From the human T2T-CHM13v2.0 reference genome, Homo sapiens, in the NCBI RefSeq assembly GCF_009914755.1, contig NC_060944.1: 64,000 bases of DNA; one strand, given 5' to 3'. Below are positions 1 to 23,242 of the stretch, piece after piece. The notes beneath the pieces are model-generated. The model was given only the letters and a program-made list of their open reading frames with translations, was not told the DNA's origin and made no database searches. Numbering within the stretch: position 1 is the first letter of the stretch; each line of letters opens with the position of its first letter. Both the position numbers and the translations under genes were made by a program.

Positions 1-183
1 AATCAGAGGCCAGTTCAGCTGGACAGGGAAAGGACCTGAGCCATGGGAAAGGACCCAGGGCTAGTCACTCGTGAGGTCTCAAACTCTGACTCCAGCACAA
101 AGCAGGGGCCCTCCTTGGGAAGCAAGGTAGAGGCCAGGCCCACAAAGACTGAGACTGAGGCTTATGATTCACAGATAAGTGAA

Positions 184-910
184 GGCCGGGCACGGTGGCT
201 CATGCCTGGAATCCCAGCACTTTGGGAGGCTGAGGCAGGTCAATCACCTGAGGTCAAGTGTTCGAGACCAGCCTGGACAATATGGCGAAATCCCGTCTCT
301 ACTAAAAATACAAAAATTAGCCGGGTGTGCTGGCGAGCACCTGTAAACCCAGCTACTGGGGAGGGTGAGGAAGAGAATCGCTTGAACCCAGGAGGCAGAG
401 TTCGCAGTGAGCCAAGATCATGCCACTGCACTCCAGCCTGGGCAACAGAGCAAGACTCCCTCTCAAAAAAAAAGTGAAAGAAAGGACAGAAATAAGGAGT
501 AACATAAAAGGCCAAAATCTGATGCACAAATACCAGATTATACCTTTCTTTTATTTTTTATTTTCAGAATGCATAATTGGAACAGACCCTTTTCTTTTCC
601 TTTTTATTCTTGTTTTTTTTTTTTTTTGAGACAGAGTCTCACTCTGTAACCCAAGCTGTATTGCAGTGGCACAATCACAGCTCACTGCAGCCTTGACTTC
701 CAGGCTCCAGTGATCCTTCCACCTTAGCCTCTCGAGCAGCTGGGACCACAGGCATATGTCACCAAATCCAGATAATTTTTTTTTTATTTTTAGTAGAGAT
801 GAGGTCTCATTATTGTGCCCAGGCTGGTCTCAAACTCTTGGCGTCAAGTGATCCTCCTGCCTCAGCCTCCTAAAGTGTTGGGATTGCAGGTGTGAGCCAT
901 GTGCCCAGCC
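184..910. mobile_element. Two Alus: about 184-474 (+, AluS) and 613-910 (-, AluJ-like)
   Basis: Alu consensus arms and poly-A tails. Confidence 0.92.
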
Positions 911-1204
911 AACCCTTTATTTTACAACGCTGAAACAGTCACAAGTGCCTTCAGGTAAAGAATTGGTGGAAATTAAAATGACTGACAAAACAATTCTAAA
1001 AATCTGATAGTGTCCCTGTTGGCAGGAGTGTGGGAGACGGGTTTACAGTTTTGGGTGTGAGCAGGTGCAGCAGCCACCCGGGAGGTTGTCAGCACTCACC
1101 ACATCTAAAATACGCCTCATCTTCAAAATCCCAAAACCCCACAAGAAAGCAAGAGCTGCCAGGGCCCCTTCCAGCAGGGAGGCTGACCCTGCGCCAGCGC
1201 CCAC

Positions 1205-1308
1205 CTGAGCATGATGCCGTTCATGCGGATGGCTCTCTTCCAGTCCTTCAGGGTGGACTTCCCGGCCAGGTGCACAAATTCCTTTGGGCTGATTACATGC
1301 TCGTCGTA
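1205..1308 (-). CDS. GMEB2: GMEB2 exon 5 (SAND domain: YDEHVISPKEFVHLAGKSTLKDWKRAIRMNGIML-R); gene continues off the left edge
   Basis: AG acceptor at 1310-1309, GT donor at 1204-1203, 104 nt, in frame with exon 4; contains the KDWK signature. Confidence 0.97.
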
Positions 1309-1790
1309 CTGTGGGGGACACAGTCATGTGGGTCAAGCTTGGCCGGGACACCACATAGGGTGCCCCCATCTCCCATCCGACCCTGAGTCAGGCGCGCAAG
1401 GCAGGAAAAGCGCCACGGCACGGCTCTGACCGGTGCAGGCCTCCTACAGAGCATTCAGGTAAAACAAGGACATGACCCACAGGCACGGTGGCTGCAGTGG
1501 GGAGTGGTGTCTCCTCCAGCCCTGAGGGGGCAGAGCTGCTGTGTGCCTGGGGCTAGACAGGGCTGGGCTGACCACACCAGGTAGAAGGTGTGTGGCCTTC
1601 TCTTCCTCCAGGCAGACTAAGCAAACTGCTTCTGTGCAATGTATTTTATAAATACACGTTATTGCATACGTTACATCGCAGATGGCAACAGATGCCAGCA
1701 CATGGGTGGAGCTGTGAACGCCACCTTCCTCAGGTCCCTCCTGACACCACCTTGCCCCGTGCAGCAAACACCGGCACCTGCTCTCACTCT

Positions 1791-1791
<1 letters not shown>

Positions 1792-1821
<30 letters not shown>
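1792..1821. repeat. (AC)15 microsatellite
   Basis: Read directly. Confidence 0.95.
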
Positions 1822-1823
<2 letters not shown>

Positions 1824-2551
1824 ATCTGTTTCTAAGCCAGGGGAACCCTCCTGCTTGCTAATTTCACCCATGTGGGAGCTCAGAGAAACTGAGAAGGTAA
1901 AATATCCTGTTCAATCTTGTTACACAAGCAATTATTGAAACCAAAAACTGGAATAAAACTGCATTTACTTAGAAAACAAGCAGGCTGGGGATGGAGGAGT
2001 CACGAGGTCTCTGCAGCTGGACCCAGGAGGCCCGAGTACGGGGGCCGCCTCCACCCCCGGGCCGTGCCCAAGTCTAGCTTGCTGAAGGAAGTGATGTTCC
2101 CAATCCCTGAGCCCACCCTCTCATGACCCCTGTGCCACAGACGGGAACACTAAGCCCAGCCAGTCTCTGGCTCTCCCTCATGCGGCTGATCAGGGAGATC
2201 CCATAGAAGTCCAGAAGGTGGAATCCAGAAGATTCTCTGGCCACTGTCGGAGCCTGGCAGGAAGGCTGCACTGGCTGTGACTGAGGCTGCTTCCGGCCAT
2301 CACTTCTACCCAACGTGGCTCACACCTAGGAAACTCAACTGCACCCAAAGGGCCTGATCCTACCTAGGGCTCTGGGCTCAGCCAGCCTCACCTCCCTGCC
2401 CCTCCTAGGCCTGCCTCTTTCCTTTCTTGCTTTCACCTTTGTTACTCTTCTCACCCCAGGTTTTCCTCTCCCAGCTAGGAAGCTACATGCTGTACTCTCA
2501 TGAGTGGCTCCAGGAGCTTCAGCATGTCACGCTTACCAGAGCTGCCAGAGC

Positions 2552-2703
2552 CCAGAGCTAACGCGGCCACTCCTGACCCCCCAGAGCTAACGCAGCCGCT
2601 CCTGACCCTCCAGCGCTAACGCGGCCCGCTCCTGACCCCCCGGAGCTAACGTGGCCGCTCCTGACCCCCCGGAGCTAACTCGGCCCGCTCCTGACCCTCC
2701 AGA
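2552..2703. repeat. Minisatellite, 29-30 bp x 5 (CCAGAGCTAACGCGGCCGCTCCTGACCCC)
   Basis: Read directly. Confidence 0.9.
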
Positions 2704-3495
2704 CCACAGCCACGTGGCCCTGCTCTCATCTCTGAGGCCCTCCAGGGCGTCTCTCTCAATGCTGAATAGACAGGACTGGTCGGGTGACCCACGTTTCCCC
2801 GACTCTTCACACCTCCTCACAGCACAGCGCTTCCATCTGGAGGCCTCCTATCTCCGCCTGCAATGCATATTTAGAACATCCTTCCATCATGATCTGCTGG
2901 TGGCAAACTCGTGTCTTTTTCTGGAAACGTCTTTCTTCCAGCATAATTTCAAAGACGACCTCACGGTGTCGTCACTCGCCACACAGTGAGGCTCTGGCGC
3001 TGCCACCTCTGCTCCTGCGCTGCTTTCGGGAGCTCACGGCCGGCGGGATTCTTGCTACTGAGCGATCCGTCTCTCCTCCTGGCTAGACTGAGGATCTTCT
3101 CTGTCCCCGTCCTTCTGGAATTTCATTATGATGTCACCTATGGTACATTTCTTTCGTGTTTCCAACTTCTAATTCTAATACAATTTCAAACTCACAGGGT
3201 AATTGCCAGGATAGTCCAGGGAGCTCTCACACGTGCGTTCCGGACTCACTGCCTGCTCCCGTCTGCCCCCTTGCCCCCGCCTAGACCTGTGCACGTGCAG
3301 CTACTGAGAGTGAAGCAGAGACGTCGGGCCCCTGGGCCCTCAACACTTGTGTATATTTCCTAAGAACAAGCTTCTCTTACGCAGCCACAGAACAACTCGC
3401 ATCAGGAAATTATCATTCATACATTATTCTCTAATCCATTGTCCATAGTCAAATTCATGAATTGTTCCAATGATAGCCTTTATTGCAAAAAAAAA

Positions 3496-4188
<693 letters not shown>

Positions 4189-5218
4189 ACGGAGCAGCTT
4201 CTCAGCCTGTCTGTGTTTTTCTTCACCTTGACGTTTTTGGAGCTTGTGGGTCAGGTATTAACGTAGGCTGTCTCTCCATGAGTGTCTGCTGTTTTCTCAT
4301 GAGTAGAGTCAGGCTATGAACTGTTGGAAGAACACCACAGACCTGCTCACTGCATCAGGAGGCTCAAAGGGGAGGTCTGTCCCGAGCCTGATGATGTGAA
4401 GATGGATCGCTGGGTTAAGGAGGCACCTGCCAGCTTTCCCACCACAGCTACGACTTACGTCTGCAATGGCTGCATGGTTTACAGGGATGCTCTGAAACTA
4501 GTCTGAGCACCCGCTCATGACTCTGACCCCATCATTCCTCCCATGCTTTACTTCTCTCTATGCATTTATTTAACATAAATAAATAACATGAAATATATGG
4601 AGATAGGTATATAGACTCATAGATTTTATTTTACTCGAGTGATGACCCATGACTATCACTATTTATTTGGATGCTAAAAGCCACCCTACATGCAGGCAGT
4701 GGGGTCTTCATCCAGGCTGGGGTCAGTCAGGGCCCTTGCACTGTGGACCACTCTTTCTCAGTTATGAAAGTTCTCAGACTCTCTCTCCTCCTTCCAGAAC
4801 TCAAATAGATGTGTTTGACTCTCGTGCTTCCTGAATAAATTGCTTTATTTCTATTTACAAGTCCTACTTCTCTCTTCAGCTATGGCTAATCTGCTGAAGA
4901 CCTATCCACTAAGTGTTGAACTTCAATCCTATCTCTAGTCGTGTTTCTGCAGAATCTACTTATGCTTTACTCATGCTCTCTTTTCTTTTTTTTTTTTTTA
5001 AGAAGAAACTGGGGTCTCAGTATGTTACCCAGGCTGCTCTTGAACTCCTGGGCTCAAGCAATCCTCCTGCCTCGGCCTCCCAAAGTGTCAGGATTGCAGG
5101 TGTTAAGCCATGGCACCCGGCCTCTTTTATTTCTTAAAATAAATTATTAAATATAACGATTTTATCTTCTAAGCCTTAAAACCCCAACAGCCGAGGCTGC
5201 TGCAGGGCCGACTCTGCA

Positions 5219-5511
5219 GCCTGTGGCTTCTGTGGGGCCTGTGGCTTCTGTGGGGCCTGTGGCTTCTGTGCTGCCTGTGGCTTCCGTGGGGCCTGTGGCT
5301 TCCGTGGGGCCTGTGGCTTCCGTGCTGCCTGTGGCTTCCGTGGGGCCTGTGGCTTCCGTGGGGCCTGTGGCTTCTGTGCTGCCTGTGGCTTCTGTGGGGC
5401 CTGTGGCTTCTGTGCTGCCTGTGGCTTCTGTGGGGCCTGTGGCTTCTGTGCAGCTTGTGGCTTCTGTGGGGCCTGTGGCTTCTGTGCAGCCTGTGGCTTC
5501 TGTGGCTTCTG
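5219..5511. repeat. Minisatellite, 18 bp x about 16 (GCCTGTGGCTTC[TC]GTG[GGG/CT])
   Basis: Read directly; produces the 6-aa periodic ORFs in the track. Confidence 0.95.
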
Positions 5512-6412
5512 CTCCAGGAGCACTACTTCTTGTGTGTCCAGGGTTCTGTGGAAATTACTTGAAACCTGAGATAAAGGTGAATTCTTCCAAAAAGTACTTT
5601 TTGTTTGTTTCTGTCAGATTCCTGGGGGAACTGCCAGCTGGGAGCCACTGATAACGACACTCTCAGCTTGAGGCTTTCAGACCATCCAGACCACCTATGA
5701 ATCCTCAAGGGGGTGTCTCCTTCCCTCTGCCAGGGACAAGAGGTATGGGAGTACGTGGTGGATTCACCCTTGGAGGTGCCAGCTTTGGAAGGGACAGTCA
5801 CCACCCAGCACGCACACCTCAAGGAAGCCCTGGGCTTTGTCTTCTGATCTCCAGCCCTGCAAGGCTGGGAAAACCAAGCTCAGGCCAAGGCTCTCAGGGC
5901 AAAAGCTGGGCTTGGCACCCCATCTGCCTCTCAATTCTGTCACCATTAGGTCCCCAGGCCTCAGCACTTCCTCTTTCTTAGCCCGTGTGAGGCAGCATCT
6001 GTAAGATGCTTTATGGAAATGTCTTCACTGGCATTTTCGGCTGTTCCACCACAGGTGAGCCTGGGCACCTGACCTATCAGTATTGTCAGAAAGAGAAGAC
6101 CTTTCCCACTCATCCTAATCCTTACCAAAGAGGCAGCCTTTTTGGAGCAGCTCTCACTGGATCTGCTGGGTAAAGCTCCTTGTCCAGGAGGGGCAGCCTC
6201 CTCCACACAGCGGGAGGGCCTCCCAGCCTCCCTGCCACAGTGCACTGTGGCCACAGCGAATTCCTCTTCCTGAAGGTTCTTCCCGCACCTCCTTCACTCT
6301 CCCCAGCCCTGGAGACCCTGCCTCAGGATGCACTCAGCACAGCTGCACCCCCAAAGCAGTCACAGACACCATGAGGCCTCTCTCCTGGGCCCTGAATGCA
6401 GCCTGTGCTCAC

Positions 6413-6540
6413 CTGAACACATTTCACATTGATGCCGGGACACACAAACTTCCTCCAGATGAGGTTGGCTCTGCTGTCTCCACAGGTGATGGGGTACACA
6501 ATCTCAGCTTCCAGGTTCTCCCCCTCTTCAGCCATCTTCA
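6413..6540 (-). CDS. GMEB2: GMEB2 exon 4 (V-KMAEEGENLEAEIVYPITCGDSRANLIWRKFVCPGINVKCVQ)
   Basis: AG at 6542-6541, GTGAG donor at 6412, 128 nt; phase matches exons 3 and 5; seen in ORF 6323..6541. Confidence 0.97.
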
Positions 6541-6919
6541 CTTCTCACAGGCACATTGACAGGGAAGGGTAAAAGCAGAACATCAGTTACAACCTCTTCA
6601 AAGCATTTCCTGAAAATGCAGAAAATAGCTACCAACATGGAAACCAAAAATTAAAATCCAGGAAGGCCTGAGATAGAGCCAAGGTGGGCAGGGCATGCCC
6701 ATCAGTGCCATTAGAGTTTCAGGGTTAAACCCACTAAACAGATTTAAATATCGTTACATTAACAGAATTCCATTAAACTATGGTTCAACTGAAGACCCAC
6801 TTAGGAAAATAAAATCAAACTTTAATTGAAACAATTCTAGGGAAACCTAAGGTTTTAAAGGTTCTAGGGCCTTTAATCTCAGGCAAAAGAAAAATATTAA
6901 GAGTGTTATAAAGAATTTT

Positions 6920-9477
<2,558 letters not shown>

Positions 9478-9519
9478 CTATGCTTCCATTTCTGTCTTTA
9501 ATAAAGTGTTTTATTTCCA

Positions 9520-10465
<946 letters not shown>

Positions 10466-13400
10466 CTAGAAACATGCCCCTCTGACCCACCTCCATTTCT
10501 AGAAACATGCCCCTCTGACCCACCTCCATTTCTAGAAACATGCCCCTCTAACCCACCTCCATTTCTAGAAACATGCACATATGACCCACAAGTCCATTTC
10601 TAGAAACATGCCCCTTTGACCCACCTCCATTTCCAGAAACATGCCCCTCTGACCCACCTCCATTTCTAGAAACATGCCCCTCTGACCCCACATCCATTTC
10701 TAGAAACATGCCCCTCTGACCCACACCTCCATTTCTAGAAACATGCCCCTCTGACCTCACCTCCATTTCTAGAAACATGCCCCTCTGACCTCACCTCCAT
10801 TTCTAGAAACATGCCCCTGTGACCCCACATCCATTTCTAGAAACATGCCCCTGACCCCACATCCATTTCTAGAAACATGCCCCTCTGACCCCACCTCCAT
10901 TTCTAGAAACATGTCCCTCTGACCCCACATCCATTTCTAGAAACATGCCCCTGTGACCTCACCTCCATTTCTAGAAACATGCCCCTCTGACCCCACATCC
11001 ATTTCTAGAAACATGCCCCTCTGACCCACACCTCCATTTCTAGAAACATGCCCCTGTGACCTCACCTCCATTTCTAGAAACATGTCCCTCTGACCCACAC
11101 ATCCATTTCTAGAAACATGCCCCTGTGACCTCACCTCCATTTCTAGAAACATGCCCCTCTGACCCCACATCCATTTCTAGAAACATGCCCCTCTGACCCC
11201 ACATCCATTTCTAGAAACATGCCCCTCTGACCCACACATCCATTTCTAGAAACATGCCCCTGTGACCTCACCTCCATTTCTAGAAACATGCCCCTCTGAC
11301 CCCACATCCATTTCTAGAAACATGCCCCTCTGACCCCACATCCATTTCTAGAAACATGCCCCTCTGACCTCACCTCCATTTCTAGAAACATGCCCCTGTG
11401 ACCCCACATCCATTTCTAGAAACATGTCCCTCTGACCCCACATCCATTTCTAGAAACATGCCCCTCTGACCCCACCTCCATTTCTAGAAACATGCCCCTC
11501 TGACCTCACCTCCATTTCTAGAAACATGCCCCTGTGACCCCACATCCATTTCTAGAAACATGCCCCTCTGACCCCACATCCATTTCTAGAAACATGCCCC
11601 TCTGACCTCACCTCCATTTCTAGAAACATGCCCCTGTGACCCCACCTCCATTTCTAGAAACATGCCCCTCTGACCCACACCTCCATTTCTAGAAACATGC
11701 CCCTCTGACCCACACCTCCATTTCTAGAAACATGTCCCTCTGACCCACACCTCCATTTCTAGAAACATGCCCCTCTGACCCCACACATCCATTTCTAGAA
11801 ACATGCCCCTCTGACCCACCTCCATTTCCAGAAACATGCCCCTCTGACCCCACACATCCATTTCTAGAAACATGTCCCTCTGACTCACCTCCATTTCTAG
11901 AAACATGCCACTCTGACCCCACACATCCATTTCTAGAAACATGCCCCTCTGACCTCACCTCCATTTCTAGAAACATGCCCCTCTGACCCCACCTCCATTT
12001 CTAGAAACATGCCCCTCTCACCCCACATCCATTTCTAGAAACATGTCCCTCTGACCCACACATCCATTTCTAGAAACATGCCCCTCTGACCCCACATCCA
12101 TTTCTAGAAACATGCCCCTCTGACCCACACATCCATTTCTAGAAACATGCCCCTCTGACCCCACATCCATTTCTAGAAACATGCCCCTCTGACCTCACCT
12201 CCATTTCTAGAAACATGCCCCTCTGACCCACCTCCATTTCTAGAAACATGTCCCTCTGACCCCACATCCATTTCTAGAAACATGCCCCTCTGACCCACAC
12301 CTCCATTTCTAGAAACATGCCCCTGACCCCACACATCCATTTCTAGAAACATGCCCCTCTGACCCACCTCCATTTCCAGAAACATGCCCCTCTGACCCCA
12401 CACATCCATTTCTAGAAACATGTCCCTCTGACCCCACATCCATTTCTAGAAACATGCCCCTCTGACCTCACCTCCATTTCTAGAAACATGCCCCTCTGAC
12501 CCCACCTCCATTTCTAGAAACATGCCCCTCTCACCCCACATCCATTTCTAGAAACATGCCCCTCTGACCTCACCTCCATTTCTAGAAACATGCCCCTCTG
12601 ACCCCACCTCCATTTCTAGAAACATGCCCCTCTCACCCCACATCCATTTCTAGAAACATGTCCCTCTGACCCCACATCCATTTCTAGAAACATGCCCGTC
12701 TGACCTCACCTCCATTTCTAGAAACATGCCCCTCTGACCCCACATCCATTTCTAGAAACATGCCCCTCTGACCCCACCTCCATTTCCAGAAACATGCCCC
12801 TCTGACCCCACCTCCATTTCTAGAAACATGCCCCTCTGACCCACCTCCATTTCTAGAAACATGCCCCTCTGACCCACACCTCCATTTCTAGAAACATGCC
12901 CCTCTGACCTCACCTCCATTTCTAGAAACATGCCCCTCTGACCCACACATCCATTTCTAGAAACATGCCCCTCTGACCCCACCTCCATTTCTAGAAACAT
13001 GCCCCTCTGACCCCACCTCCATTTCTAGAAACATGTCCCTCTGACCCCACCTCCATTTCTAGAAACATGCCCCTCTGACCCCACCTCCATTTCTAGAAAC
13101 ATGCCCCTCTGACCCACACCTCCATTTCTAGAAACATGCCCCTCTGACCTCACCTCCATTTCTAGAAACATGCCCCTCTGACCCACACATCCATTTCTAG
13201 AAACATGCCCCTCTGACCCCACCTCCATTTCTAGAAACATGCCCCTCTGACCCCACATCCATTTCTAGAAACATGCCCCTCTGACCCACACCTCCATTTC
13301 TAGAAACATGCCCCTCTGACCTCACCTCCATTTCTAGAAACATGCCCCTCTGACCCACACATCCATTTCTAGAAACATGCCCCTCTGACCCCACCTCCAT

Positions 13401-13752
13401 TTCTAGAAACATGCCCCTCTGACCCCACATCCATTTCTAGAAACATGTCCCTCTGACCCACACCTCCATTTCTAGAAACATGTCCCTCTGACCCCACCTC
13501 CATTTCTAGAAACATGCCCCTCTGACCCCACCTCCATTTCTAGAAACATGCCCCTCTGACCCACACCTCCATTTCTAGAAACATGCCCCTCTGACCTCAC
13601 CTCCATTTCTAGAAACATGCCCCTCTGACCCACACATCCATTTCTAGAAACATGCCCCTCTGACCCCACCTCCATTTCTAGAAACATGCCCCTCTGACCC
13701 CACCTCCATTTCTAGAAACATGCCCCTCTGACTCCACCTCCATTTCTAGAAA
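10466..13752. repeat. Large VNTR, 32-36 bp unit (CTAGAAACATGCCCCTCTGACCCCACCTCCATTT) x about 95, in GMEB2 intron 2
   Basis: Read directly; copy number estimated as length divided by about 34. Confidence 0.98.
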
Positions 13753-13978
13753 TTAATCCTGCAGACATGGTGTTCCCACACTGGCATGAGGGTTGTCTGA
13801 AACAGGGAACAAGTCTCCAGTTTCTGGAACCCGTGCGGGCAGCTGCCTCTGGGGAGATGATGTGGAGAAGCTGGGAGAGGTCTGGGTGGGGTTCCCAGCT
13901 GTGCACCTCATAACAGCCAACTGTATGATGTGTGCACTTCTAAACTTCCAGAAGTTTGCTTAAAAACACACGCACACC

Positions 13979-20197
<6,219 letters not shown>

Positions 20198-20565
20198 AAC
20201 ACACACGTGAATAGGCTCCTCATGGAAGTCATCACAACAATGCAGAGGGAAGAGCTTCCAAAGTGTAAACCCAGAAGCGAGGAGCAGGAGGGTGCGCGCA
20301 GACGCAGAGAGCAGCAAGGTGCAGACTGAGAGGCGGAGGCTGGCCGTGGGGAGATGACTGATGCTCAGTTTATACCCCAAATCCGTAAATCTAGAGGCCT
20401 GGCACATCAACTACCTCTGCCAGCAGGAATGAGGGAAAGGAGGGCAACCAAAAGATGTCCCACCCTCACCCATCCAGCTACCTGCCATCCTCAGCCCCAC
20501 TGGCAGAAGACCCTGAGAGGTGGAGGCAGGCCCCTGCCTACAGGACCCTGAGAGCTAGGGGAAGG

Positions 20566-21236
20566 CGTTATCCTGAACTGTGTCCCCCGTAAAATTCATA
20601 TGTTGAAGGCCTCATCCCCAGTGTGACTGTATTTAAAGATGGGGTCTTCAGGAGATAATTTAAATGAGGTCATATAAGTTGGCCCTCATCCAGTAAGACT
20701 TTGACCTTCTGGTGGTTTTTTTTTTTTTGGAGACTGGGTCTCACTCTATCACTCAGGTTGGAGTACAGTGGCACGATCACGGCTCACTGCTGTCTCCAAC
20801 TCCTGGGCTCAGGTGATCCTCCTGCTTCAGCCTCCTGAGTAGCTGGGACTACAGGTGCTTACCACCGCACCCAGCTGGTGGTGCATTGTGTTTTTTGTAG
20901 AGATGGGGTTTTGCCATGTCGCCCAGGCTGGTCCTGAACTGGGCTCAAGTGATCTGTCTCCCTCGGCCTCCTGCAGTGCTGGAATTACAGGTATGAGCCA
21001 CCGCGCCTGGCCGACCGTGACCTTCTAAGAAGTGAAAGAGAAAGATCTTTCTCTCTCCCTCCCTCTCCATCATGAGGACACAGCAAGAAGTCGGCCATCT
21101 GCAAGGTAGAAAGCGAGTCCTCCCAACAGCTGAACCTGGCAGACCCTGATCTTGGACTTCAGCCTTCAGAGCTGTAAGAAAATAACTCTCTGCTGTTCAG
21201 GCCACGCGGTCTACGGCAGCCCGAGCAGACTAAGAC
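20566..21236 (+). mobile_element. MaLR LTR (MLT1B-like) interrupted by an antisense Alu at about 20716-21012
   Basis: TGTGTCCCCC..AAAATTCATATGTTGAA start and GACTAAGACA end. Confidence 0.65.
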
Positions 21237-21319
21237 ACACGCCATCTGGGGAGTCAGACCAGATCAGGAAGAAAGGCCTAGAGCTCAGGATACTGAAGGT
21301 CCCAACCCGGTGCTGGACC

Positions 21320-21635
21320 AGACCACCCCGGCAGCCGCGGCCACGGAGTCACGGCTCGGGTGAGGTGACCTGGACACCATCCCGGCAGCCGCGGCCACGG
21401 AGTCACGGCTCGGGTGAGGTGACCTGGACACCATCCCGGCAGCCGCGGCCACGGAGTCACGGCTCGGGTGAGGTGACCTGGACACCATCCCGGCAGCCGC
21501 GGCCACGGAGTCACGGCTCGGGTGAGGTGACCTGGACACCATCCCAGCAGCCGCGGCCACGGTGTCACGGCTCGGATGAGATGACTCGGACACCACCCCG
21601 GCAGCCGCGGCCACGGTGTCAGGGCTCAGGTGAGG
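21320..21635. repeat. CpG-rich minisatellite, 54 bp x about 5.5
   Basis: GACACCATCCCGGCAGCCGCGGCCACGGAGTCACGGCTCGGGTGAGGTGACCTG units. Confidence 0.93.
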
Positions 21636-23111
21636 AGAGTTGGATATGGGACTGGGCCTACCCCGAGGCTGCTTCCACCCAGACGCCTGGGTGGGTGACA
21701 CGAAAGCTGGGCTCAGTTGGGATCAGAGCAGCCTCTCCCCAGGTCAGAAATGACCCTGGGCTCCTCGCAGTAGCCCTAGGGCACCATGAGAAAGCTACGT
21801 GGACTTCTCTGACCAAGGGTCACTGCTGCCACACTACTCATTGCAGGCCATGTCAGGGCTCAGCTGAGGAGACGTGGACACCACCCCAGCAGCCGCGGCC
21901 ACGGCGTCCCAAGGGAGGGACTTGGGCACTGCCTCTCTGGGCAAGAGTGGGGAGGTGTGGGGTGGGAGATGTCTGGAAACATCATGGACACATGCCGGGA
22001 AAACACGGAAGCTGTGCACCAAGGTGCTGACAAAGGAAAAAGGAGAATGGAGGTGTGAACATCCAGCTAGCAGGTCCCACTCAGAAACTCCTGCATTTCC
22101 AGACATGGCCACCAGCTCTGTGGATGAGACAGGGGAGGACAGGGTACCTCACACCAGGAACCCACACAGGTCCATGTCTTGCTCTGTGATCACACAACAG
22201 CCTCCACCACCCTGACATGCAGGAGGGAGGTCAAAGCCTCGGGTCCAACAACAGGCTCCACAGCAAGGGAAGAAAGGCAGGAAGGAACTCAGGGCCAGGT
22301 CCTCCCAGGCAGCAGCTGCCTGCACGCTGTCCACCAAGGGAGGTCTGACCTACACCGCACAGGGGTTGGCAGTCTAGAGTCGTCCTCTGTCAAACGGTGA
22401 GAAAGTCAAAAGCTCATGCTCAGTGATATGCTAGGTCAGCATGAAGATGCCACACATGAGACACAGCAAGGATGAGACCAACGGGAAGACTGCCCCAGAC
22501 CAGAGCCCCAGAGCCCTCTGGGGAGGAAGAATAAGGATGGCAGCCTGGGACTGCCCGGGGCTGACTCTGCCTTTATTTCACCCCAGCAGAGGCAGGAGTG
22601 ACACCGGCTCACAGCAGGAGCAGCTCTGCCACCTCCTAGCAGTTCCACCTACGGGCAGCAAAACAAAGCTGGCAGTTTGGGCAAATGTTAGCGTTTTTGC
22701 CAACTAACATTTGAATCGGACATCTGGTACAGAGATGAGGAAGAAAACACTCACAGTTTCATGAAGACTGTCAAGAAAATCACTGACTCTTCACTTCATT
22801 TATGAAAGGCCAGCTCTCTGACATCCCTACCACTCCCTCTCACATGAGAAATCACGGCCTTTCAGGACGTGGAGCCACGTGGCCATGCAGGTACGGGAGG
22901 CCTCCCCGCAGCTGCAGCTGGGTCTTCTGGTCCCCGTGCCATTTCTGCTTTTCTTCGCTCTCTACTTACACACACATTTGAGTCCAGTCTCAGAAGAACT
23001 GGAACTAGAAAAATCCTGACACTTGTCCCTTACTACGTTAATGCCAGCTGTGCCAAGGACAGCCCAACCCAAGCCCCCATCAGCCCCAATGGCACCGAGG
23101 CCCGAGCTTAC

Positions 23112-23242
23112 CCGTGAGGGGCCAAGTTGGTCGTCACCAACACGGTCTTCACCCCCTCCACACCACTGCCGTCCACTGCAGTGTCCGGAGTTGTCACAAC
23201 CACCACCTCCTCCATGTGCACACTCACGTCGGGAGTCGCCAT
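23112..23242 (-). CDS. GMEB2: GMEB2 exon 2 coding part (MATPDVSVHMEEVVVVTTPDTAVDGSGVEGVKTVLVTTNLAPH-G); whole exon 23112-23299
   Basis: GCCATGG Kozak ATG at 23242, GTAAG donor at 23111, acceptor AG at 23301-23300 giving 57 nt of 5'UTR. Confidence 0.96.

Noticed and set aside
5176-5651. QKPQAP / VASVGP periodic ORFs
   Set aside because: Translation of an 18-bp VNTR; no convincing ATG or splice support
10466-13752. CRISPR-like appearance (palindromic core repeated at a regular period)
   Set aside because: Units are head-to-tail with no unique spacers, there are no cas genes, and the context is a human intron; it is a minisatellite
21152-22030. 292-aa ORF
   Set aside because: Starts at a non-ATG codon in a MaLR LTR and runs through the 54-bp VNTR
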